Shown: positions 41,106 to 55,718, counted from the stretch's first letter. The stretch: 64,000 nucleotides of DNA from Chrysomallon squamiferum (GCA_012295275.1 CM022665.1:32302001-32366000); one strand, 5' to 3'. Notes: generated from the sequence alone by a model not told the origin. Numbers and translations: made by a program.

Positions 41106-42377
41106 CTGTGAATCGTAAACATAAACTGATTTTAAAATATGTTTTACACACACACACATATATGTATATTATAAAAGAAATCAATAAATTTAATTACATA
41201 AGCTAACAAAAGAAAAGTGACAAAAACGTATATTATAATACATGTGTGGATTTCGGTATTACTTTGTGGATGTATGCATGTATGCATGGTGTATGTATGA
41301 ATAAATGAATGAATAAATGAACGCATGTGGGCATGCGCAGTATGAAAGAATAAACGTAGTTTTATTAAGAATGTTTTGTTATATATTTTAACAGCAGAAC
41401 AAAAACATAAATAAATAAAGCAGCAAAATAAAAAAGAAACAAACAACAAAACAACTCAAGCATAACGTATATATTCAATATAAAAATCAGGACATTATTG
41501 TATAGCAATGAATGTTCTCGTCCAAGTGTAACATTTGTATGGCAACACAATAATGACCTCGTATATTGTCATAGACACAATAGCAAAATATTGATATGGT
41601 ATTAATCAAAGCTCTTGATGGGATGACTCGACATGAGTCTTTGAAAAGAACTCAATTGCCAAACGTGTTCGTGAAATTGTTCTCTTGTGTTTTGCTCGGT
41701 AACTGTCGAAGATAACATATAATCAAATAAAAAGACATTTTCTTTTCTTCTTGCTTCACAATGGAACGATATACTGAATCATTTTGTTTGCTATCTTCTC
41801 GCTTACGAAGTCAGATTTACTTGCTTCGAGGCATATTTGCAGAATCTCTTTCCACTACTTTCTTACAGTTTATTTGTATATATATATAAAAAATAAATAA
41901 AAATAAAAATATCGAAGTTTGACATAAGTAAGAATGAATGAATGAATGAATATTTGTTTAAAATATCTTAATTTTAATATTAACAATATCAACAACAACA
42001 AAAATAACTGCATTAGTGTATGTAAGTAAATATGAAATGTATGTATGTAGGTAAGAAATGAATATGGAATAAATATATGTATCTGTATGCCTGTCTATCT
42101 GTGTGCATGTATATGTGGGTATGTGTACACTGTATCAGAAATAATGATAAAAATTCTGAACGTATAGTATTTCTCATTACAGTAAAAATAAAAAAGAAGA
42201 AAGGTAACGACTTCACGGGATGGGGTAATGGATGACTGCTTAACATTCTATCTCTGAAAGTATGGTGGCAGCATGTTTATGGTAGGTTCCGTGTTTCCGG
42301 TAAACAGTCGAGTAAACTTTAGCACTAATCTGCTGTCATTGACCACATGAACAGCTGGTCAGTCTAAGCCGTCGGAC

Positions 42378-42975
42378 GTCACGTGGCAATAGGAGAAGGG
42401 TCATCCTACGGTCAAGGGATAAAACAGCAAGTAATATAAAACTGCGTCAGCTGAAGATTTAATGCATTGTTTGTGTTCACGCTTTTCTGCATGTGGAAAT
42501 GAACGTAAGTGCATTAGTGACTCACCTTACAATATTAAAAACGAAATAAATTACTTCCCCACTTCCCCGCCAGAAGCTGACAGTCACTTACAGTTTTTCT
42601 AAAATTATATATTATTATTATACCATAACCTTCGAGGTTAAGTTATTACTAATGCACATAAGTAATAATATAAAGAAGTCTGTTACTTCCAGGTCTTGCA
42701 TTAATATATTTAATAATATCGTTACGAACAATTTAATATGTTCTTAATTACATTACTGAATTACTTGCTTCTAAGATCTCTTAATTCACTACGTCAAGAG
42801 ATTTTTTAAATTTTGTTCCCAGATTTTTAAAAGTATTTATACTAAAAGCGATTTTTAAACCTTTGCTTTTCTTTTCTCTCTGGCATGCAAATTACAAACT
42901 GGGTACACGTCAATCATCGATCAATAATATCTCCACAGCAATCGTTCAGTCACGTGGCTAACATACCACGTGACT
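42378..42975. promoter_or_regulatory. Intronic cluster of extended E-boxes GTCACGTGG
   Basis: GTCACGTGGC at 42378 and 42949, and CCACGTGAC at 42966. Confidence 0.4.
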
Positions 42976-44019
42976 CTTTTTCGTGGCCATACAAGGGAAA
43001 TAATTTTATTATACGGATAAAGCTGTCTGTTTTAATAAACGTATACCTGTGGAAAATAATCATAACAAAAACAAATATATTTAAAAAAACAAAAAAAATG
43101 TGTTCTTTCCACCCATTTATTTATTTATTTATTTATTTCAGAATAGGGCAGGGCCCATTTATTATATAATTTAGGAATTACAGAAATAATACTGTAATAA
43201 CAAATATAATCTCTAATCACTAAACACGGTTGAACCCTATATGAATTATAAGCATCTGTTAATGGGCGTACGATTCAGGGGACTAAAAAACTACTTAACA
43301 CTTAACCAACGAAGACCCATGCTTTTTCTTTCCAAATCATTACCTTAGAGAATAAATAAATAAATAAATAAATAAATAAAGCAAGCAAGCAAGCAAGCAA
43401 ATCAAGTAAGTAAAATAATAATAGTAAAAGCTGTGAAAATATTAACAAATAAGTGCAGGGAAGGGTGATAAGGGTTGCCTAAATAGTAAAGGTTAAAATT
43501 AAGACCAAGGTCGATCAAGCTAATCATAGACCATTACGTTTAGCGGTCATCTGATTTTTGCATGCGGCGTGCACCTTTACAAAGTGTTTCGAATTACACC
43601 CACATTAAAGTTTATTTCGCGTTAAGCTCAACTTTAGTTGACCCCCCTGTGTAGGGTCAGCATGTGTCAGCCCCTATTAAAGTGTTGTGACCGACGCCAC
43701 ATCCTGGACTCGGGGTATCGTGTAGCAAACCACGAACATGTGCACGTCTGAGTTACAAAAACCAGGGCCGGTCCCGATGTACACTTTACGAACGTGTGTT
43801 CTTGTGTAGATAGATGTAGGGTTTTTTTTTTTTAAATATCTAACACGATTATTTATATTTTCGTTACTTAGAAAATACGGGCCCATCCCTAGATATCGTA
43901 TTAGTCAATTTTACCCATTGATGAAAAGTCTGGACAAAACAGAGACATCTGAACGTAGTTTTGAGTTAGGTACAAAATAATGAATTATTTTCTTCGATAT
44001 TTATTTAATTGTTTATTTA

Positions 44020-44100
<81 letters not shown>

Positions 44101-45669
44101 TTAGTTTTTTCGTTATTTATTTGGTTTTTTGAAATGAATAATGTTGTTATTACTGCTGTTAATATTATTATACTATTTGTGCCAGTTATAGCTAATAAAT
44201 ATTTTAATATGAAAATGTATTATTCATTTAACATTCTGATATTTAAAACACTTTTATCCCAAAATAACCAGATACTAAATGTTTGCCCAAAGTACGTATT
44301 TCATTACGTGTCTCTGTGTGTTTTAAAATATACGTAAGCATGTATATGATAGGATACAGTTTGTTTTATAAATGTGCATTCAAGCATGAACAGCTATATC
44401 TATTTCGAAATTCCAAAAAGTCTCATGCCAGGCATTTTTTCGTCTTTTCTAGTCTGTATGACTGTTTACAGAAACTGTTAAAGTGTTTCTTTGACAATAA
44501 ATACAAACAGTGTAAATATATTTTAGCAAAATTTCAGGTGACTCTTTCAACTTGACGTCAAATTTTGTTAAATTGAGTTTGACAATAACATAAAGATGCA
44601 CATGAATGTCTGTCCTTTCATTCGTGACGTTATTTTGTATATAGAAACGTAAAAGGAAACAACAATTAAAAAAAAAAAAAGATATGAAACCTGACAGATG
44701 TATCTATTTTCGTGCGAAGTTATTAGCAAAATTAATAAGACTAGATTTATATATTTTTATACATAAAAATAAAAATATCATAAGAAGAAAAAAAAAATTC
44801 GCCGTTGTCTATATACAAAATAAATATATAAATAAATATAATATAATAATATAATATAATCACACGCACACACACAATAGAAACAAAGAAAGGATTAGTT
44901 ATGTAATTGAAATATTTTTACGTTTTTATCGTATTACTTATTTATTTATTTATTTAATTAAACAATTATTTATCTGTCTGTAAAAGCATACTTTAGAAGA
45001 AAAAAAAAAATGGTACAGTTTTAAATTTGTTTTTATTCATATATTTCTTTAATAACAGACCCAGTAATAATAATAATTACGTGATGTCGACCTGTTAGCT
45101 TTCGTTTTTGTTGTCTCGCTATCTTTTATTTCTTTTGTTTTGTTTTCGTTATTGTTACATGTATTGATCGTGTAAAAATCAATAGGTATGTAAATAAGTA
45201 AACCAGACAATCCGATTTATTTATAATCGTTTTTCACAAAGCGTGTTTTATACTAGGATGGAACAGACGTTAGCTATTGTATGATTAAATTGTTTTTCAA
45301 TACTATATCTTGACAACCACAAGAAAAAGAAAAAAAGAAAAAAGGCAGTCAAATCTGTAACTATATGAATGTTCACTTTGTTTCTTTCTGTTCTTTCTTC
45401 TCATATCTTGTAACGCCTCTCAGTATTTTTGTATGTATTAACAAAATTTTAGATATTTAAAAAGAAATATAAGGTTTCTGTCCGTGTGTGTGTTCATCTG
45501 TGTGTGTTTTTGTGTACATTATACGTTTCTCTGTGTGAGTGAGAGATGGGAGGAGACAAACACACATATGCACACACATCACAGACACACAAAAAAACAG
45601 ATAAACACATACAGACAGACACCCATACACAAGCACATGCACACTTATAAGAAAAACAACATGACTCAC

Positions 45670-45776
45670 CTGGTGTACAAACACATCCTGTGAGCCATCG
45701 TCGGGGGTGATGAAACCCCACCCCTTGGCAACGTTAAACCACTTGCAGGCTCCCCTTCGCCGCCCTCCGCCACCGC
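45670..45776 (-). CDS. lin-28: Lin-28 exon: N-terminal half of the cold-shock domain
   Basis: Acceptor ttttacag|GC, donor CAG|gtgagt; 107 nt (phase 1 to 0). Translation [35 protein letters not shown] with the RNP1 (KGWGFI) and RNP2 (VFVHQ) motifs. Confidence 0.97.
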
Positions 45777-45966
45777 CTGTAAAACACAATCACCAGCAAT
45801 CAGAAACATCTCTTTTGTCCACTTAAACAATGTGGTGGTTATCTTGGTTACCGTGTGAACAAAAGATATATCTCACATTAACCCCGAGGAAACAAGGGCT
45901 TTTTCTTAGTCACTCTGACCAACATATATCAAGAGGGGGTATGGGTGTGGTGGGCAGGAGTCTCAC

Positions 45967-46006
45967 CTGCCCACCGGACACAGACTGTATTCCATTCAGT
46001 ACACAT
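45967..46006 (-). CDS. lin-28: Candidate proximal first coding exon of lin-28 (MCTEWNTVCVRWA-G)
   Basis: ATG at 46006, 13 codons + 1 nt, strong donor CAG|gtgaga; phase 1 as required; 190-nt intron. Confidence 0.35.
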
Positions 46007-46298
46007 ACTAACATATAATTTAGTAAGTTAAGAAACTGTTTGCAGTTCGGTTAATTAGGTTTGAAAAGAATAGAAAATGTTTAGTTTCTGACATCCACAG
46101 TAAACTGTGGGTTATGAATGCTTATTAGAATAATTATTGTATTCTACTAGGTTTTAAAAGCAATTTCTTTTTCTTCTTCTTATTATTATTAATTAATAAA
46201 TGTTTTTGTTTTATAATTTTATAATTTATAATTTTTTATTTATTAATAATAACAATAACAAGGACACTAATAATAATAACAGCAACAAAAAAAAAACA

Positions 46299-46323
46299 CA
46301 ACAACAACAACAACAACAACAAC

Positions 46324-46386
<63 letters not shown>
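46299..46386. repeat. (CAA)n(TAA)n microsatellite
   Basis: Directly visible. Confidence 0.9.
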
Positions 46387-46387
<1 letters not shown>

Positions 46388-46530
46388 CTTTATTTACATG
46401 TAAAATATTATGGACACAAATTCGTATAATACATAAAAAGTAAAAAACCAATACCCCCACACCCCATTTTATATACGTTTCCATTGTAACTGTATAAATG
46501 TACAAGTATATAAGTTAACATATGTGTGTG

Positions 46531-46741
46531 TATATATATATATTTGTAGCTTAAGTATATCACTCTGAATTATATTATAACAAAACTATATTTACTTCAC
46601 TTTGTCTCTTCATATTTTGTTCTTTGTAATATTTATTATATATTACAAAGAACAAAATATGAAGAGACAAAGTGAAGTAAATATAGTTTTGTTATAATAT
46701 AATTCAGAGTGATATACTTAAGCTACAAATATATATATATA
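46531..46741. repeat. Perfect inverted repeat: 102-bp arms and a 7-nt loop
   Basis: 46531-46632 is the exact reverse complement of 46640-46741 (checked base by base). Loop TTATTAT at 46633-46639. It extends into flanking (TG)n/(CA)n after a 2-nt slip. Confidence 0.98.
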
Positions 46742-49006
46742 TACACACACACACATACAGACAAAAAGAAAATAAATAAATGTTATTAATTATGTTTTTC
46801 TAAACCAATTAAAATGAAATAAAATAATTATAATTACAGTATGTACAATTACTGTGATATTAGTACAGATACATAAATATTTATTTTTAATTATCTATAA
46901 ATACGTTGTACATATTATCTTTTCTTCTGAAATTAGACACAAACACTTAATATACATATATATGTCTGTGAAGGTGAATCTGCATGTGTATGTATATATA
47001 ATTGTTATTTTCTTACATACGAAAAATGATCTCATTTATTAAAATATCTTATAATTCTATTCAGACAGATATGTATTTCACATCGTATTTTTAAAATATC
47101 CTTTTTACCCCCCTTTCTCTTTAATTTTATGAACAAAGTGTGGATGCTGATATATTTATAAACATTAAGATAAATTATTTCCTACACATAAAGCATAACA
47201 TTCTCCTATATATCACTAATTTAGCTAACATATTTTAAAGCTAATCGAAATTTGTAAAACTGGACACCTGGGGTCAGTAATAAACTAGCCATAATATCTT
47301 GAGGATATTTAATTTGATCTATAATACAGATAATAAGTATGATTAATCTTTAAAACTTATAATGCGTTTGGCATAAATAAACCGGGCTTAATCGTCAGAA
47401 GATAGGTAATTGTTTTTCTCTTTCAGTTTCAGATACGTTTTTCAATTTCCATTTCTAAAAGACACTGAAATCAGAAATGAAATTAAATAGATAAATAGAA
47501 AAATAGACTTTATTTCCTCATTTTTATTTTCGAATAGTTCATTTTTTATAATGTATTATTATCAGTTGTTGATTCCACATTAGTTTTAAATGTAGTGCAT
47601 TTAACTGAAATTAACAGTTTAAAAACAGTAATAATTAGTGAAAAAACCAGGAGTTGTGAGTCACATTTAGAAAATTCTAATACATGTGTATAACATTAAT
47701 TTAAATATTTTTCACTTGATATATTTATTTTGAATTATATTAATATCAGTTTTATTATTACTATTATGATTACATATTAAATAAATAATGTGTACGTATG
47801 TATGTATGTATGTGTATATATATATATATATATAGATATAGATATATATATATATATGTATTTATGTATCTGTTTATGTGTATGTATGTATTTATACATG
47901 TAAATATATATACGTAAAGATATCAGTCTGTTATAATGTAAGTATGAATGCATGTGCGTGTGCGTGTAAGATATACGTGAGTTTATATTAATCAGTAACT
48001 GCAATATACATAAACTCAAAAGAAAACAAAATAAATACAAAACAAAGAAAAATCCATTAAAAAAAGGGTCACTTCTGTGAATCCCATTTAGGGCCCCAAA
48101 GTGTCCACATGTTCAGACCCAAGTGAGATCATCGGACACAACTGGCCCCAGCCCAGAACAATGGTCTAACTTTCTGCCTGTTGGCAACGTTTTTCTGAGA
48201 ACAATTGTAATTTTAGTCAGTGACCAGCCAATTGTGTTGGTGTCAAAAAGCTGTGAAATGAAAGCATGTGGACTAATAGATGTTTGAAACCGAGGAATCT
48301 GTAAACGTAATTTTGTATGAAGTACTAGACGGGTGGTTATGGTTTGTATTTTAAATTGTTGTTTGAACATTTTCGTTACACCAGATTTGAGAAACTTCGC
48401 AGTTTGTGTTACAAAAATATCTGTAAGAATGAAATTTATAAACAATAAAAACACACAATCTTAACCATTCGCACCTTCTGTAAAAACAGTACTGCAGTCG
48501 CAGCAATACAAGTAACTAAGTAGAAGTTCGTTTTTATAGCAGTTGTAGTTAAAATACTAGTAGCGTCTGAAGAAAAAGTAACATCAGAAGTAATCGTAGT
48601 AGTATTATCGTAGTCGTAGTAGTAACAGCAGTGAACAAATAATAATAATGTTGACAATAAATATTATTTTAAAGATTTGTTTTAATGGGACAGATATTTA
48701 TTTCCACAGAATCAAAGATATATACTACATCTAAACTGTTATTACTACTATTACTATTGCAATTGCTATCAGTATCATTATTTAATACACTTCTGTTATT
48801 TTGGTTCAGCATAATTTATTCATAATTTAACTCTTTATCAAATGCTAAAACACATTTCGTCTTATTTAAATATAAATATAAATTATATCTATAAAACTTT
48901 CTAATACTTTAAAATTACATTAAAATTATTACTTAAAATATATATAAATATAATCAAAGAAAAAATAAGACGGGAAAAAAAAACAACAACAACGAAAACG
49001 GAAAAG

Positions 49007-49041
<35 letters not shown>

Positions 49042-50899
49042 CATCATTCTACTGAAGTGTATCATATGACACAAAAATAGGTCTGTCGCGTAGTGATATG
49101 ACCCAGCACAAAGGGCCGCTCGTGGAGTATTTTTCTCTTTCCCTCCCCCGCAGACGATGCCGAGTTATTTTTAGACGTCATTCCAACATTGAGAACATTT
49201 ATTCTAAGCTTACAGTGACAGTGGAACTGAGAGGTGCGGCAGTTCAGAAATTACCCTAGAGGGAGGCAGGCGCAGTGCCAGTCACAAGATATATGTGACT
49301 GTGTCAGGTGATCCGAGTTATTACTTAGTTAACCATTTCATTTTATGGAAGGTAGAAGTTAATAATTATCGTTTTCTCGCTATTTGTTTAATGAAGATTA
49401 TTATTAATGCTATTATTATTATTTTATTATTAAATAACTGTTTGTTAACATTTAAAATAAATAAATAAATCATAAAAAAACAACAACAACCAATCAGTGA
49501 GTTTAAAATTTGAAAAACAAAAAGGAAATAATTATTATGTATATTAAAAATTATTTTATTATTTATTTATTTTTAAAATATAAACAAAATGTAAATCAAC
49601 AATTTTTGTTTGCTAACAGAATTAATTTTTATTAAAAAAAAGTTAGATACAGTAACAAAATAGATAACGCGATGATGATAAACTGCTAAGAAATGTGCAA
49701 ATGTTAGATAATTAAACGATTTTTGAAAAAGAAAACCATGGAAATTAAATAGGCCTAGATAAATATTAATACTGATTACGGCATTATGCTAAAATCAAAC
49801 AGATTTTGAAGATTTTGACAAGAAATAAAACAATCTGAAAATAAATAAACAACAACAACAACAACAACCCCCCAAATTAAATATCCCACTAAAAACTAGT
49901 AATTTGATCATTTACAAAAACTTCTCTTAACTGAATATATAAAAGTTATTTAAAATGCAAATTCAGATAATAAATAAATAAACAAATAAATAAAGAAATT
50001 CGGAGAAATTATTTTAATAATAATCTAATCAAAGATATTACATTATTTTTAAAAAGAAAAAAGAGAAGATGAATTTGGATTTTTTTTTTAAAACAACTAT
50101 TTATTTTTATTATTATTATTTTTTAAAAATTAATTTCTGCATTTGTTTTGCAATAATGAAAGAACAAATTATTTATAAATGATTACTTTTGAAAGTAATT
50201 ATAATAAAACTTAACATGAAGAATAATTATTCAGCAAACTGAAATTAAAATTAAAATATGCTTAAATTATTAATATATAAAGAAAAATTGAACATTTTAT
50301 TTTTTAAATTTTCAATTCAATATATTGCTGTTGTTTTTTTTTTTTTTTAAATAACTTTTAAAATATTTTGTCCAAATACATTTCAAATTAAAATGCCTTT
50401 CATATATCTTTTTTCTGTTTCATTTCAAATTTTAATTTAACGTTATACATTTATGCAAAATTACTTTGCATTACTTTCTTATTTTTATTTTAAATTCTGA
50501 ATTAATTAACGCGTAAATATTTTTTTCTTATTTGAAATGTATTAATCATTGCTAACGCAACTCTTTTATTTTAAAAGTCAATTCTGTTTAGTTCTTTTTA
50601 ATTTTAAAAGTCAAAATATTTAACATTGTGTTTAATATTTATTTAAAATTAAATTTAAGTATTTAAAATGTCTTATAAAAGATTTTATTTTTGAAAAAAA
50701 AATTAGCATTTTATTCTCTTTAGTAGTATTAATTAATTAAATGAAATTAGGTTTAGAGAGAAAATGTATTTTACAGGTTTTTTTTCTTTTTGCTTAAGAA
50801 ACAGAAAACAGAAGAAATGATCACGAAATAATAACAGGGATAGCAGTCGGCAATTTTACAACAGAACTAATTATAAAATAAATAAAAAAAAAATATATA

Positions 50900-50956
<57 letters not shown>

Positions 50957-52489
50957 CGACAAAATATGTAACAGGTATCAAAAATAAGTAACTGAAATTT
51001 CTGTGTGTAGTAAACCAACCAGCTGCTTTGTGTCATAAAATGAAAAATAATTATTTGTCTTATCTGATATTACTTAGTTTTAAAATTACTGTGTAAAAGT
51101 CACAAATTATCGCTAACCATGATAGTATTTTTTTTTTTTTTAGAAGATACATTTTATTTTGTACATTATTATAATTAATCATCGTCATCGTTTTGGTCTT
51201 CACTATTTTACATTTAAACCATAATTGTTTTTTTTCTTCAATAATTCATATTATATTAGATTTTTAAAATTCATTAGTTTTTATTAATTATACATAACAT
51301 CTATCGACTAAAAAAACTTTTAATATTTTATATTGTACATGCATCGCTTTTTATTTAAAATATACAAAAATAAAAACATTCTGTAGAAATTCATACATTT
51401 TTATGTTTATTTACGAAAAAATAAACCATGTATTTAAAATATAAAATAAATTTAGCAGTAAATAAATGTTTTATGGTCATAAATATAAAATAAACATTTA
51501 AAATAAATAACTTAACCATTAGTAACAATAATAAAGCAATAATAAAACATTAAAAAATCCTTTTTTATAATAACCCCCCCCACACACACACACACATTAA
51601 CAGAAAATATTAAACAGTGAAAAAATACCATATTTACAACGAGACGAACACAGGTATAAAATCTGGAAATACTAAATGAAATCAGTCATACCATGACATT
51701 AATTAGAAAAATTAAATATTTTATATATTTACGAAAATAAATTATTAATAGTATTTAATTTGTGGAATCATTTGATTCTCACTGAACGCTGGTAGTTATT
51801 ATTGTTATTATTAATTTTATAGAATAATTTACAAATCTGTAAGATTCTGGCTCTGAATGCAATCTAGTTCAAAGTGTTGAATATATTAGTAGCTAAATTT
51901 TACAGGTCATGTATCAGGCTGCATTGGTTAGCATCAGCTTCAAGGACGTCTCAATTCTATAATAAATAATTTCACTTAGAAACGAAAGAATCGAAAACAA
52001 AATAATAATTAATTTCTTTTTACGAAATTCTGATCTACGATTATACTGTAATGAAAATAAAAAAATTATAATTTCATCAAGAAATGTTTTATTTGAAGAA
52101 CCACATACCAGAATATAAATTACATTTAAAGCAAGTCTTTTCTTTTCTATTTTAGCTCATAACCAAACCTCTATATTTCTCTTTTTCGTTTTTATTAAGA
52201 CTTGAAATGAAAAATATAAATATTTCTACTAACACGAAAGACGTTGATGCCAAGAAAATGGCTTCCTACGGAATTTCTCAGTCAGTCTGTAATTTAGGTT
52301 ATTGAACTTAGGTGGGTTTTTTTTTTTGGCCTCCAAGACACGAGCGCGGACAAATGGAAGATGCCTCCGCGTGAAGCCAGCGAATACACGAGCGTTTTGT
52401 ACCTTATTGATTTTCTTTTATGTGAGCAACCATCTTCTAGAGCTTGCGTACAAAACACATAGTGTTAGCAGTCTGAATTAACAAGTTAA

Positions 52490-53360
52490 TGTTTGAACAG
52501 ATATAACCAAGAAACATATGTAGCAACATATTTCTGTAACAGTCATGTATATCAACATATCTTCTTGACAAGACATATGCGACAAAAATCTTTATGTCAA
52601 AAATGTCTTTAACAATTATATAACGACACTTCTGTAGAAAAAGTCATATGTATCAACATATTTCTAAGATAAATCGTGTATGTTATTTAAAAGTGGACAT
52701 TTCTAAGATTAATTCTGTCACTCACATGTAACAATTAATCCTTTCTACATTTTATATCTCTATATGTGGAAAAAAGATATGCATGTGCAAGTGTAAGATT
52801 CATCTCAAGGATAAGTTCCTTATGCCACTTTAATGAAAGATTTCTTGGAAGTAATATTACATCAAATTTCGAATGCTGAGTCCTGTATACATGTTACAAT
52901 AATAATTTGCAGGACAAATAATAATGCATTCTATATAAAACAATACATCCCTAGGCCAAATATCTGTAACAACAAAATATCTTTTAAGAATCCTATATAA
53001 CAATACATCATCTCTAGACAATTTCTGTATGGTTTTTGAATAAAACATCTCAAAGAGAGTTCCTCTATGTCATATGCAAAATAACAAAAATTCTATGTGC
53101 CATATTAACATAATTTCTCTGTTTCACATCCAACAAGACATATCAAGAATAAATCCAGTATAACATTAACAAAACAATCTAGGAGATATGTTTTATGCTC
53201 ATATGTAATAATACATCTGTAGAAAAAACACATCACTAGTACAAATACTATGTGTCATGTATAAAAGTACATATTAAGAAGAATTCATGACATGAACAAA
53301 TCCTATATGTCACAAATCCTGCATGCTATATTTAACAACACCTCATCTCAAAGTTGTCAT
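52490..53360 (+). repeat. Highly degenerate tandem repeat region
   Basis: Recurring elements such as caacatatttct, gtcatatg, aatacatc and ttcctatatg at short intervals; unit boundaries unclear. Confidence 0.45.
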
Positions 53361-54308
53361 ATATAGCAAATCACAACTTCTAGTATGTTAAGTCTTTCAT
53401 ATTTGTTACACAAGTCGTTTCGTTTTTGAATATTATGAGCTATATTGACATATTAATCTTCTGAAGAAAAGACAGATAGACACTGAGACTGATGGTCAGA
53501 TAGATTTTTGCAGGAATTTGTATGAGATGTCTCTGAATCTGAATATTATTTGGGTTTTTCCTTTCTTTTTCTTTCTTCTTCTTCCTCATTTTTTAAATCT
53601 TTTTAATTTTGATGCGGCTGTAAAAAATTCGCATTTTATAAATTCTTACATTTGCAGATACATTATATATATATATACACATATATTTAGAAATTCATAT
53701 GTACATCAGTTTGTTTAACAGGAATATAAAATCCCCCAAATATATGTATTCGGTTTTTAATTTCACAGTAGTAACATTTTTCTTTTTTCGAACGAATTAA
53801 TTTATTTACATTAATTTATTACTCATTAGAGCAGACTGAAATATATGTTAACCCACCAAAATTTATGAAATGTTTTTATCAGCGATTAATTTTGTTCAGT
53901 TTAATATTCCGCCCACACACTATAATGATACCGATTAGTTTTTAATATATATTTTGTATGAGGAAGCGTAAATGTATCTGACGGAGATATTTTAAGAAAA
54001 TACCCTTTTTAATTTTTACGTATTTTTAACTGACTAATTCAAAAAGAAATGAATTCAAGAAAAACCCAATTTTTATATAAAAAATTGTAAATGTATTTTT
54101 AATCTCTTAATTGAATAATTTGAACACCTAGAATTTTCATAGTGATGATGATGATGATGATAGTAATAATAATAAAAATAATAAGAAGAAGAAGAAGAAG
54201 AAGAAGCAAAAGAAGAAATTACGAAAAATGTAGCTTTTATCGTTTTCTCAACTGTCCTATCGCAAAAGTAAAACTCTCTTTAGGTCTATGTACACGTGTC
54301 CATATGAT

Positions 54309-54372
<64 letters not shown>

Positions 54373-55329
54373 ATGTATATACTGTGAAAAAACATTTTTC
54401 ATTTTTTCAAAGATATTAAACAAAAAAACAAAAAAAACAAAAATTGTAAAAGGATACAAGAGAAAAAGAAGAATTACAATTAATGAATGTAAAATGTCTT
54501 TTCTAATCTGCATTTCACTGATGCAAACAAAACGGGTTTAATTCCGCGGGACAATGGGAAGCCAGGCAGATATTCCGTCTGATTTCATTTACAACAATTA
54601 ACACAATCTATTAACTGTGTATTTTATATCATATCTTGGAATGTTTAAGTCGCTGTGCGAGTTTCACAATAGCTGTATTATTAGAGATGTGTTGTCGATA
54701 CATAATAGCTGTTCATACCTGTCCAGATGACATAAATAATTACAATTATCAAGTAGATAATATTTTCTCCATGGAAATCATAAAATAATATTAACCATTT
54801 AGATGACATCATAACTATGATAACGGCAGTATAACGTATGAAATAAATTTCTAAACTTTTCGGCAATGAAACAGAGGATCATTTCATTCGTGTGTGTGTG
54901 TGCGTGTGTGATTTTTTCTTCTTTACATTCGTATTCTGGTTTCTGGCTGGGTCAAAAAGTCCTTGATGTTCTACCTAGTATTTAGTATCAATGAAACTGT
55001 TCTAATGACGGGATTAATGTGGGTTTATTTTAAAACTGTTTCAGAACAGACTTGACAGCGTACTGCGTGTTTGGACAAAAAGAGAACTCCACGATGAAAG
55101 TAAACAAGACTTAGCTTTTTAAAATAAACAGCCAACCTTCACCTTCGAGTCGTGCAACAACGAGTCACGACCTCCATGAGTTTGTTTTGTTTGGAAACTC
55201 CGAGGCGGCGACAAATCTGTGATAGTAGTTAATTTCTCAGCTATTGTCCCCGGGGAATGAAACACGGTAAGGTACGGGGAGGCTGGATTGCACGACAAGT
55301 GATAAATTATTACGTGTTAGCGTACATAC

Positions 55330-55345
55330 CACCACCAGCGCCCAT
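55330..55345 (-). CDS. lin-28: Candidate distal first coding exon of lin-28 (MGAGG-G)
   Basis: aaagATGG Kozak context, 5 codons + 1 nt, donor GTG|gtatgt; phase 1; lies in a CpG-containing island (approx. 55050-55400). Confidence 0.35.
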
Positions 55346-55718
55346 CTTTATAGCATCAGCCGGTGTTGTGTACACAGGTAAAGGATGTTAAAATGCAGTG
55401 GCAGATAATGTTCTCGTATAGAACACTTTATCAATAAAATTTAATAACAATTGCACAATAAAAGCCATACAATTTTTTTTAAAATAATTACCTACTTATT
55501 GTAAATAAAATAGTTAATAATTCAGATATTTCTATATTTCAGCCGCGATATAAAACACCCACACATACCTTTATTAACATCTTCATATGTGGAATAATGA
55601 AATGTGTGGGTTTTCCTTTTAAATCGGAATGGGATAAAACTCTGTGTGTGTGTTGACTATTCAATCAATTTGTTTAGTCTATGTATTAAATACACAAATT
55701 TACATACAAAACACACAC

